A stretch of DNA of 64,000 bases from Octopus vulgaris (GCA_951406725.2 OX597816.1:129642001-129706000), one strand, 5' to 3'; positions 12,765 through 25,993 are shown, numbered from the stretch's first letter. Numbers and translations: made by a program. The notes: generated from the sequence alone by a model not told the origin.

Positions 12765-13240
12765 TATGGCTGTGTGATTAAGACATTTGCTTCCCAACCA
12801 TGTGGTCTGGGGTTCAGTCTAGCCACATGACATCTCCAGCAAGTGTCTTCTACTATAGTCTCTGGCTGTGGATTTGATAGACAAAAATTGAAAGAAGCTC
12901 ATCATATATGTGTGCATGCATGTATGTATGCATGCATGTATATATGCATGCATGCATGAGTGGGTGTGTATGTATTTGTATGTGTGTCTGTGTGCACATG
13001 TCTCCTTGTGTTGGCATTACGTGACAGTTGTAAATAGGTATCACTGTCATACAAGCAGTGTCCTTCATTTCCAATCTTCCATGAAAACATGTCCAGCCAT
13101 GGAGAAATGTCACCTTACTTAGAAACATTTAAGGGATGGTAACAGAAAGGACAATTAACCATAGAAAATCTGCCTCAACAAATTCTGTCCTACCCATACA
13201 AGCATGGAAAAGTGGAGATTAAATGATGATGATGATGATA
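12765..13240 (+). mobile_element. SINE with family A head and RTE-derived tail
   Basis: Family A head, then ...AGAAAATCTGCCTCAA...CCCATACAAGCATGGAAAAGTGGAGATTAAATGATGATG, matching the RTE 3' terminus; copies also at about 14490-14895 and 31380-31757. Confidence 0.75.
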
Positions 13241-16200
13241 GGCAAAGGTATCGCTGTGTGGTAAAAAGCTTGCTTCCCAACCACATGGTTCTGGGCTCAG
13301 TCCCATTGCATAGTACTTTGGGTAAATGTCTTCTACTATAACCTCAGGCTGACCAAAGCTTTGTGAGTGGATTTGGTAGATGGAAACTGAAAGAAGCCTG
13401 TCATATCATCATCATTATTTAACGCCCGTTTTCCATGTTAGCATAGGTTGGACGGTTTGACTGGGGTCTGGGAAGCCAGGAGGCTGCAGTCTGATCTGGC
13501 AGTGTTTCTACAGCTGGATGCCCTTCCAAACGCCAACCACTCCATGAGTGTCATGGGTGCTTTTTACATGCCACCAGCACAGGGGCCAGAGGAGGCTGGC
13601 AATGGCCACAATCGGTTGGTGTTTTTTATGTGCCATAGGCACTGAAGCCAGCCAAGGCGGCACTGGCATCGGCCATGTTTGGATGGTGCTTTTTACGTGC
13701 CACCGGCACAGGTCATCAATGTGTATATATTTTTGTGTGTGTCTTTGACCTCCCCCACTACTGCATGATAACTGGTGTTGGTGTGTTTATGTCCCCATAA
13801 TTTAGTTGTTTGCCAAGAGAGATCAACAGAATATGTACTAGGCTTAACTACAAAATAAATACTGAGGTTGGTTAATTCAACTAAAAGTTCATCAAGGCAC
13901 TGCCCCAGCTTGGCCACAGTCTAATGACTGAAACATGAAAATGATAAAAAAGGAAAGATGTCCAGGATAGTATTAATTTGGATATATATGTCTCTTTTCC
14001 CTTTTAAGACATTTAGGTGTAATTTGAGTGAAACTTGGCTGCTATTTTTAGAAGATAAAATGACCACATTAAGGCTTTTTCTCATCTCATATTCTTTCTA
14101 TAAAATCTCAATACTCACGTAAATAATAACATTCTTACTTGGATGATAAAAAGAGAGTGTGAATTATTTTTTATTATGCATTAAATTGTATAGCTCCATT
14201 ATTGTCCACTTTCATGACTACTGCAATTGTATACTACTGAAGTTGTTCAGGTTTGCTACACCTGAGAATAAATCTATATTTTCCATAGGGCTATTTACTG
14301 GTTGCAAATTCTCCCTGTGTGAAGCAGGTTTGTAGGTCTTGTATTTTTTATGAGGATACTCTAACACTCTATACAAAAACACATGCGCGTACATACATAC
14401 ACACATGCATAGACACACACACACACCTGCACATAGAAAATATTTGTCTGAATGTATTTGTGTATGTGTGTAGTTGGAGGTATGACTATTCACTTCTCAA
14501 CCACATGATTTCCAGTTCAATCCCACTGTGTGGCACATTGCCAAGTGTCTTCTACTACAGCCCTGAATTGAACAAAGTTTTGTGAGTGGATGTGGTAAGT
14601 GGAAACTGAAAGGAGCCCAACCTGTGTGTGTGTGTTTGCGCATTTGTGTCTCTTTATTTTGACATTGTACGGTAATTGTAAATAAGTTATCATACAAGCA
14701 GTGTCCTTCATTCCCAGCCTTCCATCAAAATGTCTGACAGTGGGGAAACATTACCTTGTTTGGAAGTAGTTGAGGGTTGGCTACAGGGAGAGCATCCAGC
14801 CATAGAAAATCTGCCTCAACAAATTCCATCTGTTATATATAGAGAAATTCCATCTGATCCATGCAAGCATGGAAAATTAGTCCTAAAAATTATGATGGTG
14901 GTGGTGGTGGTGGTGGTGGTGGCAGTGGTGGCAGCTTGCTAGTAGCAAGTATTTGGCTTGTGTGTGTGAGAGAGAGAGAGAGAGAGATAAAGTGAGAATC
15001 AGCAATGAGCTCGACAAATTTACCATTCAGTTTGGGGTTCATTGAGGCTGAATTTTCAGCTACACTCCTGCTTGTTATTGTTTGCCAAGTTCTAGCTGAG
15101 AAATCCAAGACTGGGAGCCCATTTGAACTTTTGTATGCAGATGAACTTGTTCTTATAGCAGAATCTATAGATCTTTGAGACGAAATTCCACACTTAGAAC
15201 CTTAAAGGCCAGATTACTGTGCTGGGCAAAATTCTTAGCAGCATTTCATCCATCTGTACAATCGATCTGAGTTCAAATTCTGCTGAGGTCGACTTTGCTT
15301 TTCATCCTTTCAGAGTCAATAAAATAAGTACCAGTTGAGTATTAGGGTCGATATAATTAATTTGCTGGCCTTGTGCCAAAATTTGAAACCATTATTATTA
15401 TCATTATCATCTTTCAATTCTGTTTCCATTTCTTGCTGTCTTCCTGACACATAGGACAGAGAAACTCACTGTATACATTGGTAGGCCCTTAAAAATAAAC
15501 ACCCTAGATTATTCTTTTATGAAGTCATGTGATAGAGAAGAGGGGAAGAAAGACAGACAGAAAAAGGCAAAAAAAAAAAAAATAATAATAAAGCCAAAAA
15601 GGAAAGAAAATTCACAGCAACAACTCAGTATGTTTGACATACCAGTCAAAACAATCTTTTGCACTTCTTGCGTGGAGGGTAAGCCAGGGATTGATCTTAA
15701 ATAATTTTCAGTTCATTTTTGATCATTCCAAGTGCTCCTACAATCACTAGTATTGTAACTGCCTTGAAATGCTTTCATCCTTTCGGGGTTGATTAAATAA
15801 GTACCAGTTACGCACTGGGCTCAATGTTATCGACTTAATCCCTTCCCCCAAATTTGAAGCCTTGTGCTTCCAGTAGAAAGGATTATTGTTGTTAACATTC
15901 TTTTTATTCGTGTCACGTGTAAAAGTACCATAATCATTGCCTACATTTATGTTGTCATATAAGTGAGATTTAATATAACAACATATTTAGTTGAACTCTT
16001 ACAATTATTATTATTACTATTACTTCTCTTGCACCACGTAAAATGCCATGGATTCATTTGTGCCATTTTCTAAGCAACATCAACTATTTATAGCAATCTA
16101 TTGGATACTATTCTTTATTTTTTTCTATTTTTTATGGCATGATAACAGTTTAGAGGTTTCCAGTTGAAAGAGTGAAAAACAAAGGTTTTTGTAGTTGTTG

Positions 16201-16442
16201 TTATTGTTTGTTTTTCTTTAGCTATATTGTTGTTTTCTTCCCCTGTGAGAATGGGAAGAAGGCATTGAAAGTCAAAGTTGTCACTTGTTTTTACTTGAAA
16301 TACTACAAATGAAACAAAGAAATGAATCTAATTCAATAGTCTCTCTCTCTCTCTCTCTCTCTCTCCTCTCTCTATATATGTCTTTATGTGTGTGTGTTTA
16401 TATATGTATGTGTATATGTGTGCATATATGTGTGTGTGTGCG

Positions 16443-16481
<39 letters not shown>

Positions 16482-19477
16482 TGTCTGTGTGTATACACAT
16501 TTGTATTTCCATTTCTCTCTTTTGTGTGTGTGTGTGTATATATATGTGTGCATGCACATGTGTGTGTGTCTGTGTTTTTTTTTGTTTTTATTTCTCTTCT
16601 ATTTTCTCTATTGTGCTCTCCTGTTTTGATTTGATTCTAGATTTTCACAGCTAGTTTTCCTGAAAGAAGATATTAGTTTGCTATAAATGCATGCAACAGT
16701 TACTGAATGAATTCACACATTATTAGTTATCCTAGCCAACCGAGTGTCTAATGCCAACAATAACCAAGTATATAAAGCATTGTTCCTCCTGTGGCTTTGT
16801 TATGTCTTGAGGCAATTAATTCAAATGTTTCTATTGCAGAGGAGATAGCAGATCAGGAGAACTCAATAGTGATAAATATTAATCCTTTTGATTAATATTT
16901 TCAATTAACTCACCTGAGATTGCCCCTGATTCTATGATAAACTCTATCTTTTAAAATGTTTCATCCAAACTTCATGTTAATTTAATGTCCCCAATACAAG
17001 TTTAACTTTTAGCATTTAAACCAACCGTATCCAACCCAAATATTTTACCTCTTTTATGTTCAAACCAACCAGATTCAACTTCTCACACTTACCTTGCAAT
17101 GTCATTCTAAAAATAAACAGTCACAACATTGAGATCTCAAAGCTACAAGATAACATGTGAATAATTCAGAGCAATGTGGATAGATTAGCATCACAACTGA
17201 CAGAGTAATCAGGGTGGGTGCTAAAAGGTATAAATGACAAAATGGTTTTATAAAATTTTTTATTATTTTCAAAATTAATTGAAACAAATGCAGTCTGTTT
17301 CAACAGAAATACAATACTAAAAGAAAATTAAACTCTTTAGAAATTGACTAGCATTGGACAACTCTTAATTGTTTCCTGCTTAAGCTATTTCAGTTGTAAC
17401 ACAATCTAAAGAGAGATATTTTTTTCTTTGTCTCAGGGGAAGTAATACAGCTTAGTCTGAGAGAAAGAGAGAGAGAGAGAGAGACAAAGGGAGGGAGAGT
17501 GAGGGGTGAGGGTGATCTACGTTTGAGGTGAATGTGATTAATATTGAAGTTGAATCATGTATAAGTAGAGAAATAATTCTTTTGTTATGTGGTTATGAGG
17601 ATTGACATCATTTGATTATTTGGACTGTTTGCTACATGGCCTGGAAGTTAAATACATTGAGCATCATAGAAAGAGTTGCAATAAATGCAACAGAAAGCAG
17701 AAACCATTATAATAGCAGTGACAGAAGAAGTTTACAGCATAATAACGGGGTTACATTGGATTTATGAATGGGGCTTAACCCCATAATTCATCATCATGAT
17801 CATCATTTTAACATTCACTTTTCCATATGTTGGATAGAATTTATTGAAGCAGATTTTCTTACAGCTGTTTCCAAGCAAGATTATATTTCCTCTTAATCAA
17901 GGCATGTTTTTGCAGAATATTGGAAAGTTAATAACTTGGCTATAAAAAATAAAAATAAAAAACAAGAAGAAAACTCTTTAACAAAGGTGTCTGAGCTACT
18001 GAAAGCAGTTATGGAATAAAATAAACATCTGTTATGTTTTACATGATGAATGTTTCGGTTATGGTTATTCAATACTAAAGATTAGCCTTCAAATTAATTA
18101 TGACTGTAAGTTCGAATTTAGTTAATTTTTTTTTCAACTTCAATCCAACTTGAAGTAGGTTAAGTTATTTTTATATGTCTTTGATCATTGAATGATTGCC
18201 CAAAACTTGTTTTACAAGGGTATATATATCACTGTACTGGGAGGAATCCCTCTCTTAACCTAGTACTGTTTATTTGATAATGGCATTTGCTTTGGGGATT
18301 TGCTCTACTGACCACTCTAGACATAGAGATTGGTGAGTATGCTTTTTAGGGTATCTACACAGAATTTGACTCAGAACTAAGACAGCCAGAACTAATACCA
18401 CAAGGCATATGGTCCAACATTCTTAAAGTTCTGTCAGTCCATTGCCTTGGATTGGTAACTTTTCTATTGACTCCAAATGGATAAAAGGCAAAGATGACTT
18501 CAGTGAGATTTGATCTCGAAATACCAAGCGTCAAAAGAAAAACAACAAGATATTCTATACAATGCTGTAATAACTGCCAATTCAACACCAGATTATTTAA
18601 ATATTCCACCCATCATTTCCACACACTGTTCCTCAAAGGGTTTTTGGGGTAGAATCCTCAATAAAGTCCTATCAGTTGCAACTGTCATTACATTTTCTGC
18701 TACATTCCCAAGTCTATGTGTCAGATTTAAATTCTAGGCATTATTTTTAATGAAGAATTTTACTATTGAAAGTCTCAAGAATGAGCTTATTAAAACTTGG
18801 TTAAAAAGAAAATGTAAGGTTAACTTTTCAAAAAATTAAAATTTTTATCCCAATAATTTATTTCAGAAATTTAGACATATCTAGGCATGACTGTGTGGTA
18901 AGATGCTTACTTCCCAACCACATGGTTTCTGGATTCAGTCCCACTGCATGGCACCTTAGGCAAGTGTCTTCTACTATAGCCTTGGGCAAAGCCTTGTGAG
19001 TGGATTTGGTAGACAGAAACTGAAAGAAGCCCATTGTATATGTATATGTTTGTGTGTTTATCCATCCACCATCACTTGACAACCTATGTTGGTATGTTTA
19101 TGTTCCTGTAACTTAACAGTTTGGCAAAAGAGACCAATATCATAAGTACTAGGCTTATAAAGAATAAGTCCTGGGTTGAATTGTTCGATTAAAGGTTATG
19201 CTCCAGCATGACTGCAGTCAAATGACTGAAAGAAGTAAAAGAAAAAAACCATCTCGAAACAGTCTTTTAAAGATGTCTTTACAACATCCACATTCCACTT
19301 TTATTGAGGAATTTCTCTAATTGGTCAATAATTATGTTATATTTGTTATTTGTCTATATATTCAATCAATAAATAGGTTCGTTACTGTGTTTTAGTGTGA
19401 TTCTCTAAAATAGAGAAAAATGTTTCTTTACTGTGAGTGGATCTGAAACATATTTTATAAATTATTTCTTATTTCAG

Positions 19478-19580
19478 AAGTTGATGGAGATTTTGACTTC
19501 TGCCAGAAGACAGTAAAGAATATTTTTCAAAACAAAGAATTGAAGGATCTTCTTGAATCAAAATATAATTTATCTCTCAG
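19478..19580 (+). CDS. THNSL1: THNSL1 internal exon after a 16.4-kb intron
   Basis: atttcAG|AA...CTCAG|GTtagt; encodes VDGDFDFCQKTVKNIFQNKELKDLLESKYNLSL(S), containing the DFDxCQ motif. Confidence 0.93.
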
Positions 19581-20030
19581 GTTAGTGTAATGCTCATAGA
19601 TTTTATTTCCTTTGGTTTAAACTAGATTAAAGATGAACTTCTTATTTAGACACAAGTTCACAAATTGATTTAAAAATAAAATTAGAATATACAAAGCAGA
19701 TAATGGAGCACAATGCAGTCCTTTTTTTTTTTTTTTTTTGAACCCTTCTCAAAAGCAGAATTGTTAGCAAGCTGGACAAAAATGCTTAGAAGCATTTACA
19801 TTCTGAGTTCAAATTCTTCCGTGATCAACTTTGTCTTTTATCCTTTCAGGGTCAATAAAATAAGTACCAGTTGAAGACTGGGGTCGATGTAATTGACATA
19901 TCCCTTTCCATGAAATTGCTAGCCTTGTACCAAAATTTGAAATCAGTATAAAGAAAAAGAAAAACCATTTTGTCTATTATTTATTCACAACCAGATGTCA
20001 CTGGTAAACAATGATTTGTTTCTTTTCCAG

Positions 20031-20196
20031 TGCAGCCAATTCTATCAACTGGGGAATGCTTCTACCACAAGTGGTGCACCATATTGCAGCTTATTTGAAC
20101 ATGGTTAAAAAGAATATTATTTGCTTTGGTGATCCTGTTAACATTTGTATTCCAACTGGAAACTTTGGGAATGTGTTGGCAGCATATTACTCTAAG
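20031..20196 (+). CDS. THNSL1: THNSL1 internal exon
   Basis: ttttccAG|T...AAG|GTaaaa; encodes AANSINWGMLLPQVVHHIAAY...IPTGNFGNVLAAYYSK, with NSINW and the PTGNFGN PLP-phosphate-binding motif. Confidence 0.95.
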
Positions 20197-20339
20197 GTAA
20201 AAGCATATACAAACTTCTGTACAATAATCATGTAAGTGTCGTGCTTAATGTAAATACATCATTGAAAGGTAACAACATCTCTTAATGTACATGCCATGTT
20301 TAAAAACTGTATATGTGTATGCATGTATGTCTCTTCTAT

Positions 20340-21016
20340 TTTTTAATAATTATAAATCTCCCACTGAGGTGGGAGCTGGTTTCTAACAAAGATACAAAGC
20401 TCCATCTTTGGAATGTAGTTAACACAGACAATTTCACATTTTAAACTTGAGAAAAATCTTGCATATTTTTACTGTTGCACTCACATATTGTACTTGTAAT
20501 GTATGAATTAGCCAGTCAATTTCTCTTTCTGAAAATCCCAGTTTATTCAGATTCTCCTTTAAGCATTTACTAACAAAACTTAGTGTTCCAATTATTATTG
20601 GTTTGAATATGAATTCATAGTCTGGATATAGAAGCTGGAAGTTTCAAAGCAGTTGTCCATAGATGTCCTCTTTTTCTTTGATTTTCAAAGAGATATTTAT
20701 ATCTGCAGGGCAGCTAATCTCTATGATGGTACATACCTTTGCTCCTCTGTCCCCTAAAACAATATCCAGCCTATTATGTTTGCATTTGAGAAAAGTTTTG
20801 ATGGGAATATACCACTAGTATTCCGTCAGTTATTGTTTAGGAATGTATTCCATAACAGAGGGATTTTCTAAGTTTATTTCAGGACAGTCTTTTTTGCGGA
20901 TGGCATTGTTTTAGTGACAACATCATGCTGCATAGGAGGGTAGTATCATGACAACATTTTAGAACAGCTGCTAATCACATGCGTTATGTCTTCCACAGAA
21001 ACAAGACATAGCCTAC
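20340..21016 (-). mobile_element. 3' fragment of an RLE-type non-LTR retrotransposon (R4/Dong-like), degenerate
   Basis: Minus-strand translation gives CRLCLVSVEDITHVISSC...QHDVV (CCHC plus RHD-like motif), then KHNRLDIVL...EISCP...KEDIY...PIIIG (PD-D/ExK restriction-like endonuclease), interrupted by stops. Confidence 0.8.
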
Positions 21017-21760
21017 AAAGGAAAAAATGGTATAAAACAATGTAATCTTCTCTTCAGGGAAGTGAAGAAATGAAACTCATCAATAAGACATTTTACCAGA
21101 AAATGATGGATATGTATAGTGATTAACTGAACGCTATTAATATTGTTTCAAAAACATTATAGGATATAATGTCAGAGGTAGCCTATAGAAAGAGGAGGGA
21201 TAAAGTAAAGAAAAACTAAATAAATGAGAAGTATATGACTATATGTATATACTTTTTTCTAAACATCCCCTTGTAAACACGTTTATAGAGCGTGCATACC
21301 AATGTAAACATTGGCAGAAATACACCTTTAGTTCATATGATTTCTATCATATATAATTTAAACATTAATTTTCTTCTTACATTTCACATTCACTAGATAT
21401 ATATATTTTCCTAGTCTATAAGGTTTTATTTAATATACATAAAGTCATATACTTCTCATTTATTTAGTTTTTCTTTACTTTATCCCTCCTCTTTCTATAA
21501 GCTACCTCTGACGTTATATCCTATGACGTTTTTTTGAAACAATATTAATAGCGTTCAGTTAATCACTATACAATCCATCACTTTATGTTAAAATGTCTTA
21601 TTGACGAGTTTCATTTCTACACTTCCCTGAAGAGAAGATTACATTGTTTTACACCATTTTATTCCTTTGGAATAATACCAGGAATATCTTCGAAACATGT
21701 GTCGGAAGTAAAAGAATTTGAATAACACTGCGTTTAACTCCATTTATTTATTTATATGTA
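21016..21760 (+). mobile_element. Penelope-like terminal remnant with about 230-bp inverted arms and a hammerhead
   Basis: 21016-21248 is the reverse complement of 21435-21669; hammerhead at 21621; assignment to Penelope is inferred from architecture, as no ORF is visible. Confidence 0.55.
21621..21709 (+). ncRNA. Type I hammerhead ribozyme (intact core)
   Basis: Stem I ACTTCC(21621-26)/GGAAGT(21704-09); CTGAAGA; stem II GAAGAT/ATCTTC; GAAA; short stem III containing the palindrome ACATGT; GTC cleavage triplet at 21701-21703. Confidence 0.82.
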
Positions 21761-22928
21761 TGTATGTATGTAGGTATATCTATGTATATATGCATATACT
21801 TGCTGACGTACCTGGTAATTTCCAGGAAAGCAGGGCTTATCTCTTGGTTCTGTTCTCATAATAGTTTCGCTAATCCAATAACAACAATACAAAGTTTGTA
21901 GCTCTTAAAACGGTTTTTGTGCATTTACAGAGAATACCGAACTGTCTTACATGGGATCTTGTTTTTAGGAATTCCCAATAAGTTATGAATTGTGAAGTCA
22001 GTTATGTAATAACATGAAATTAGTTACCCGATAGTAAGAATTCAAATAAAGTAGCCCTGAAAAGGGGTTTAATGCATTCCAAGAGTAAATAGAACTTAGG
22101 AAGAAATACTAAAAAGGTATGTATACTAAAATCGTGAAGCATGTTACGTAATAACAGGCTAATCAGATGTGAGATAATAACAATTCAAAGTAAATAACTC
22201 TGAAAAGGGCTTTTGTGCATTCCCAGAGAATATTACCCTCAATGGAGCTAGTATTGGTATATTCATGAATAAGTCAGTAACCAAAATATGTGGATCTATT
22301 GTTCAGGAAAATACCATTTACTTGTTTACTCTAACAGTTCAGATACTAAGAATTAAGCATACTCAATTTGATTTATACCAAATGATTTAGGAAAATGAAT
22401 GGGTTATTTCCCTTTGCTATTAAAATGAAATATATTAGATATATAAGGATCCCTTCCAGGAGCGCTATTATCGATTTTTTTTTTCAACAATCTGAGTATG
22501 CCATGAGGTTTCTAGACATAAGTTTTACTCATGTGTCAAGTTTCATCAAAATTGATAAAATGATGTAGGAGGAGTTAGTTAACAACTCCACAAACACACC
22601 CACAGACATAATTTCCCACACATGTAGTAGATATATATATGTATGTATGCATGTATATGTATGTATGTATGTATATGTATGTATGCATGTATATATATGT
22701 ATGTATGTATGTGTATATATATATATGTGTGTGTGTGTGTGTGCATGGTAAGAAGCTGTATATATACACCCACTACACTCGCGGAGTGGTTGGTGTTAGG
22801 AAGGGCATCCAGCCGTAGAAACACTGCCAGATCTGACTGGGCCTGACGAAGCCTTCCAGCTTCACAGACCCCAGTTGACCCGTCCAACCCATGCTAGCAT
22901 GGAAAGCGGACGCTAAACGATGATGATG

Positions 22929-23363
<435 letters not shown>

Positions 23364-24193
23364 TATGTGGCTGCATGGTAAGAAGTTCTAGGTGCAGGCA
23401 TGGTTGCATGGTAAGAAGCTTGCTTCCCAACCACATGGTTCCAGGTTCAGGCCTACTACATGGCACCTTGTGAGTGGATTTGGTAGGTGGATTTGCATGA
23501 GCATGTGAGTGTGTGTGTGTTTCTGCCCCACCACCACTTGACAATCAGTGTTGATGTGTTTATATCCTCTGTAACTTTCTAGTTTGACAAAAGAGACTGA
23601 TAAAACAAGTAGCAGACTTTAAAAGAATAAAAGTGCTGGGGTTGATTTATTTGACTAAAATTCTTGAAGGTGGTGCCCCAGCATGGCCGTAGTCTAATGA
23701 CTGAAATCAGTAAAAGAATAAAAGAATTATTAAGCTAATTTTTGGAACATAAATTACTTGAAATTTTGCTGGAAGGTTTTAATTTAGATTATTTTAAGAC
23801 AAGAAGGTATTAGGAAGAGCATCTAGCTGTAGAAACTCTGCCAGATCAGATTGGAGCCTGGCACAGCCATCTGGTTCACCAGACCTCAGTCAAATCGTCC
23901 AACCCATGCTAGCATGGAAAGCAGACATTAAACGATGATGATGATGAAGACATTTGTATCATAGATCTAGGAGTAGTTTCAAGATGGTTAGTCTCAAAAG
24001 GGTTAACCTTGCTAATCTTATCTCTCATTTTTGTAACTTAGAATGAGTGAGAAACCACATGGTTTCAGGTTCAATCCCTCTACGTGACACCTTGGTTAAG
24101 GGTCTTCTTAAAGAAGCCTATTGTGTATGTGTGTACATGTATGTGTCTGTCTGTCTGTGTGTGTGTCTGTGTGTGTTATGATGTTGATCAACT

Positions 24194-25993
24194 GAAAGTA
24201 GTTGTTCTGTCAAAGGATGAATTAAACTCACCAGTACATGCTAAAGAAAGATTCATCATTTCTACAGTGTTGTTATTTACAGTGGTGAGCTAATCAATCC
24301 ATGGCTGGTAGATTCAGTTGAATAGGTACCCTGCCTAGTTATAGATAATATGTAGTATCACTAATTGCAGACAAACAGCTAAATTCTCAGCTGGTTGTCT
24401 GGTTCAGTTATTTATATTCTTTCTCATTAGAAAGACTCATAAATATTATATCAGGATTTAAGATAGCTTAATTCTAAATATCTTTTTCTGAAGAAGTTTG
24501 TGATTTTTCTAGTTTGTGTTTAAAAGTATTTATTTTTATTATTTTCATCTTTGCCAAGTAAAATAATATTTTTAAAGTATAAATACAGTTAGAGCTGTTA
24601 AAACTATTAACTATTTAAATAGGTAAATAGTTATTAGTTTTAAAGCAGATAAATAAGATAAAGCTGTAGAAACATCCAAGTCAATGGAACTACAGATTTT
24701 TCTATCTTTATCTTTTAGTCAGGAGAGAAAGCAGTGCCCATGATCTGTTACAGGGCCTCGAAGATTGATGGGCAAGAGGAAGGTACCTTCAAACCAGGAA
24801 CCTAATCCAAATATTTGTAACAGAGGGGACTTTGTTAAAGGCCCTCAAGGTGCTGGTGGTGGTGGTGGTGGTGTTAAACCAGGAGATGGATTACAATATT
24901 TAGTTTCATTTCTTCTAATCCTAGTCACTAATCTTGTGTCATTGTGGGATTTGATTTTGTGTCTCCCCTATCTAGGAAGTCAACAAATAAGTTGCCAGTG
25001 ATATTTTGGGATCGACTTGATTGACTTCACTTTTTCCTTATAGAATATTAAGCATCTTGATCAAAAGATGAATTAATAACCATGATATATTTCGAAAGTA
25101 GTTGTTCTGTCAAAGGATGAATTAAACTCACCAGTACATGCTAAAGAAAGATTCATCATTTCTACAGTGTTGTTATTTACAGTGGTGAGCTAATCAATCC
25201 ATGGCTGGTAGATTCAGTTGAATAGGTACCCTGCCTAGTTATAGATAATATGTAGTATCACTAATTGCAGACAAACAGCTAAATTCTCAGCTGGTTGTCT
25301 GGTTCAGTTATTTATATTCTTTCTCATTAGAAAGACTCATAAATATTATATCAGGATTTAAGATAGCTTAATTCTAAATATCTTTTTCTGAAGAAGTTTG
25401 TGATTTTTCTAGTTTGTGTTTAAAAGTATTTATTTTTATTATTTTCATCTTTGCCAAGTAAAATAATATTTTTAAAGTATAAATACAGTTAGAGCTGTTA
25501 AAACTATTAACTATTTAAATAGGTAAATAGTTATTAGTTTTAAAGCAGATAAATAAGATAAAGCTGTAGAAACATCCAAGTCAATGGAACTACAGATTTT
25601 TCTATCTTTATCTTTTAGTCAGGAGAGAAAGCAGTGCCCATGATCTGTTACAGGGCCTCGAAGATTGATGGGCAAGAGGAAGGTACCTTCAAACCAGGAA
25701 CCTAATCCAAATATTTGTAACAGAGGGGACTTTGTTAAAGGCCCTCAAGGTGCTGGTGGTGGTGGTGGTGGTGTTAAACCAGGAGATGGATTACAATATT
25801 TAGTTTCATTTCTTCTAATCCTAGTCACTAATCTTGTGTCATTGTGGGATTTGATTTTGTGTCTCCCCTATCTAGGAAGTCAACAAATAAGTTGCCAGTG
25901 ATATTTTGGGATCGACTTGATTGACTTCACTTTTTCCTTATAGAATATTAAGCATCTTGATCAAAAGATGAATTAATAACCATGATATATTTC
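24194..25993 (+). repeat. Exact tandem duplication, 2 x 900 bp
   Basis: 24194-25093 equals 25094-25993; both start GAAAGTAGTTGTTCTGTC and end GATATATTTC; the ORF track shows an identical 78-aa ORF 900 bp apart. Confidence 0.97.

Noticed and set aside
16222-16312. AG-preceded frame YIVVFFPCENG resembling THNSL1 VVAFFPENG
   Set aside because: It has the wrong phase, runs into a stop, and similarity ends after 10 residues. The true exon is 2996-3100.
24765-25901. Two identical 78-aa ORFs as a duplicated gene
   Set aside because: They are a by-product of the 900-bp duplication, with a non-ATG first codon, no recognisable domain and an intronic location.
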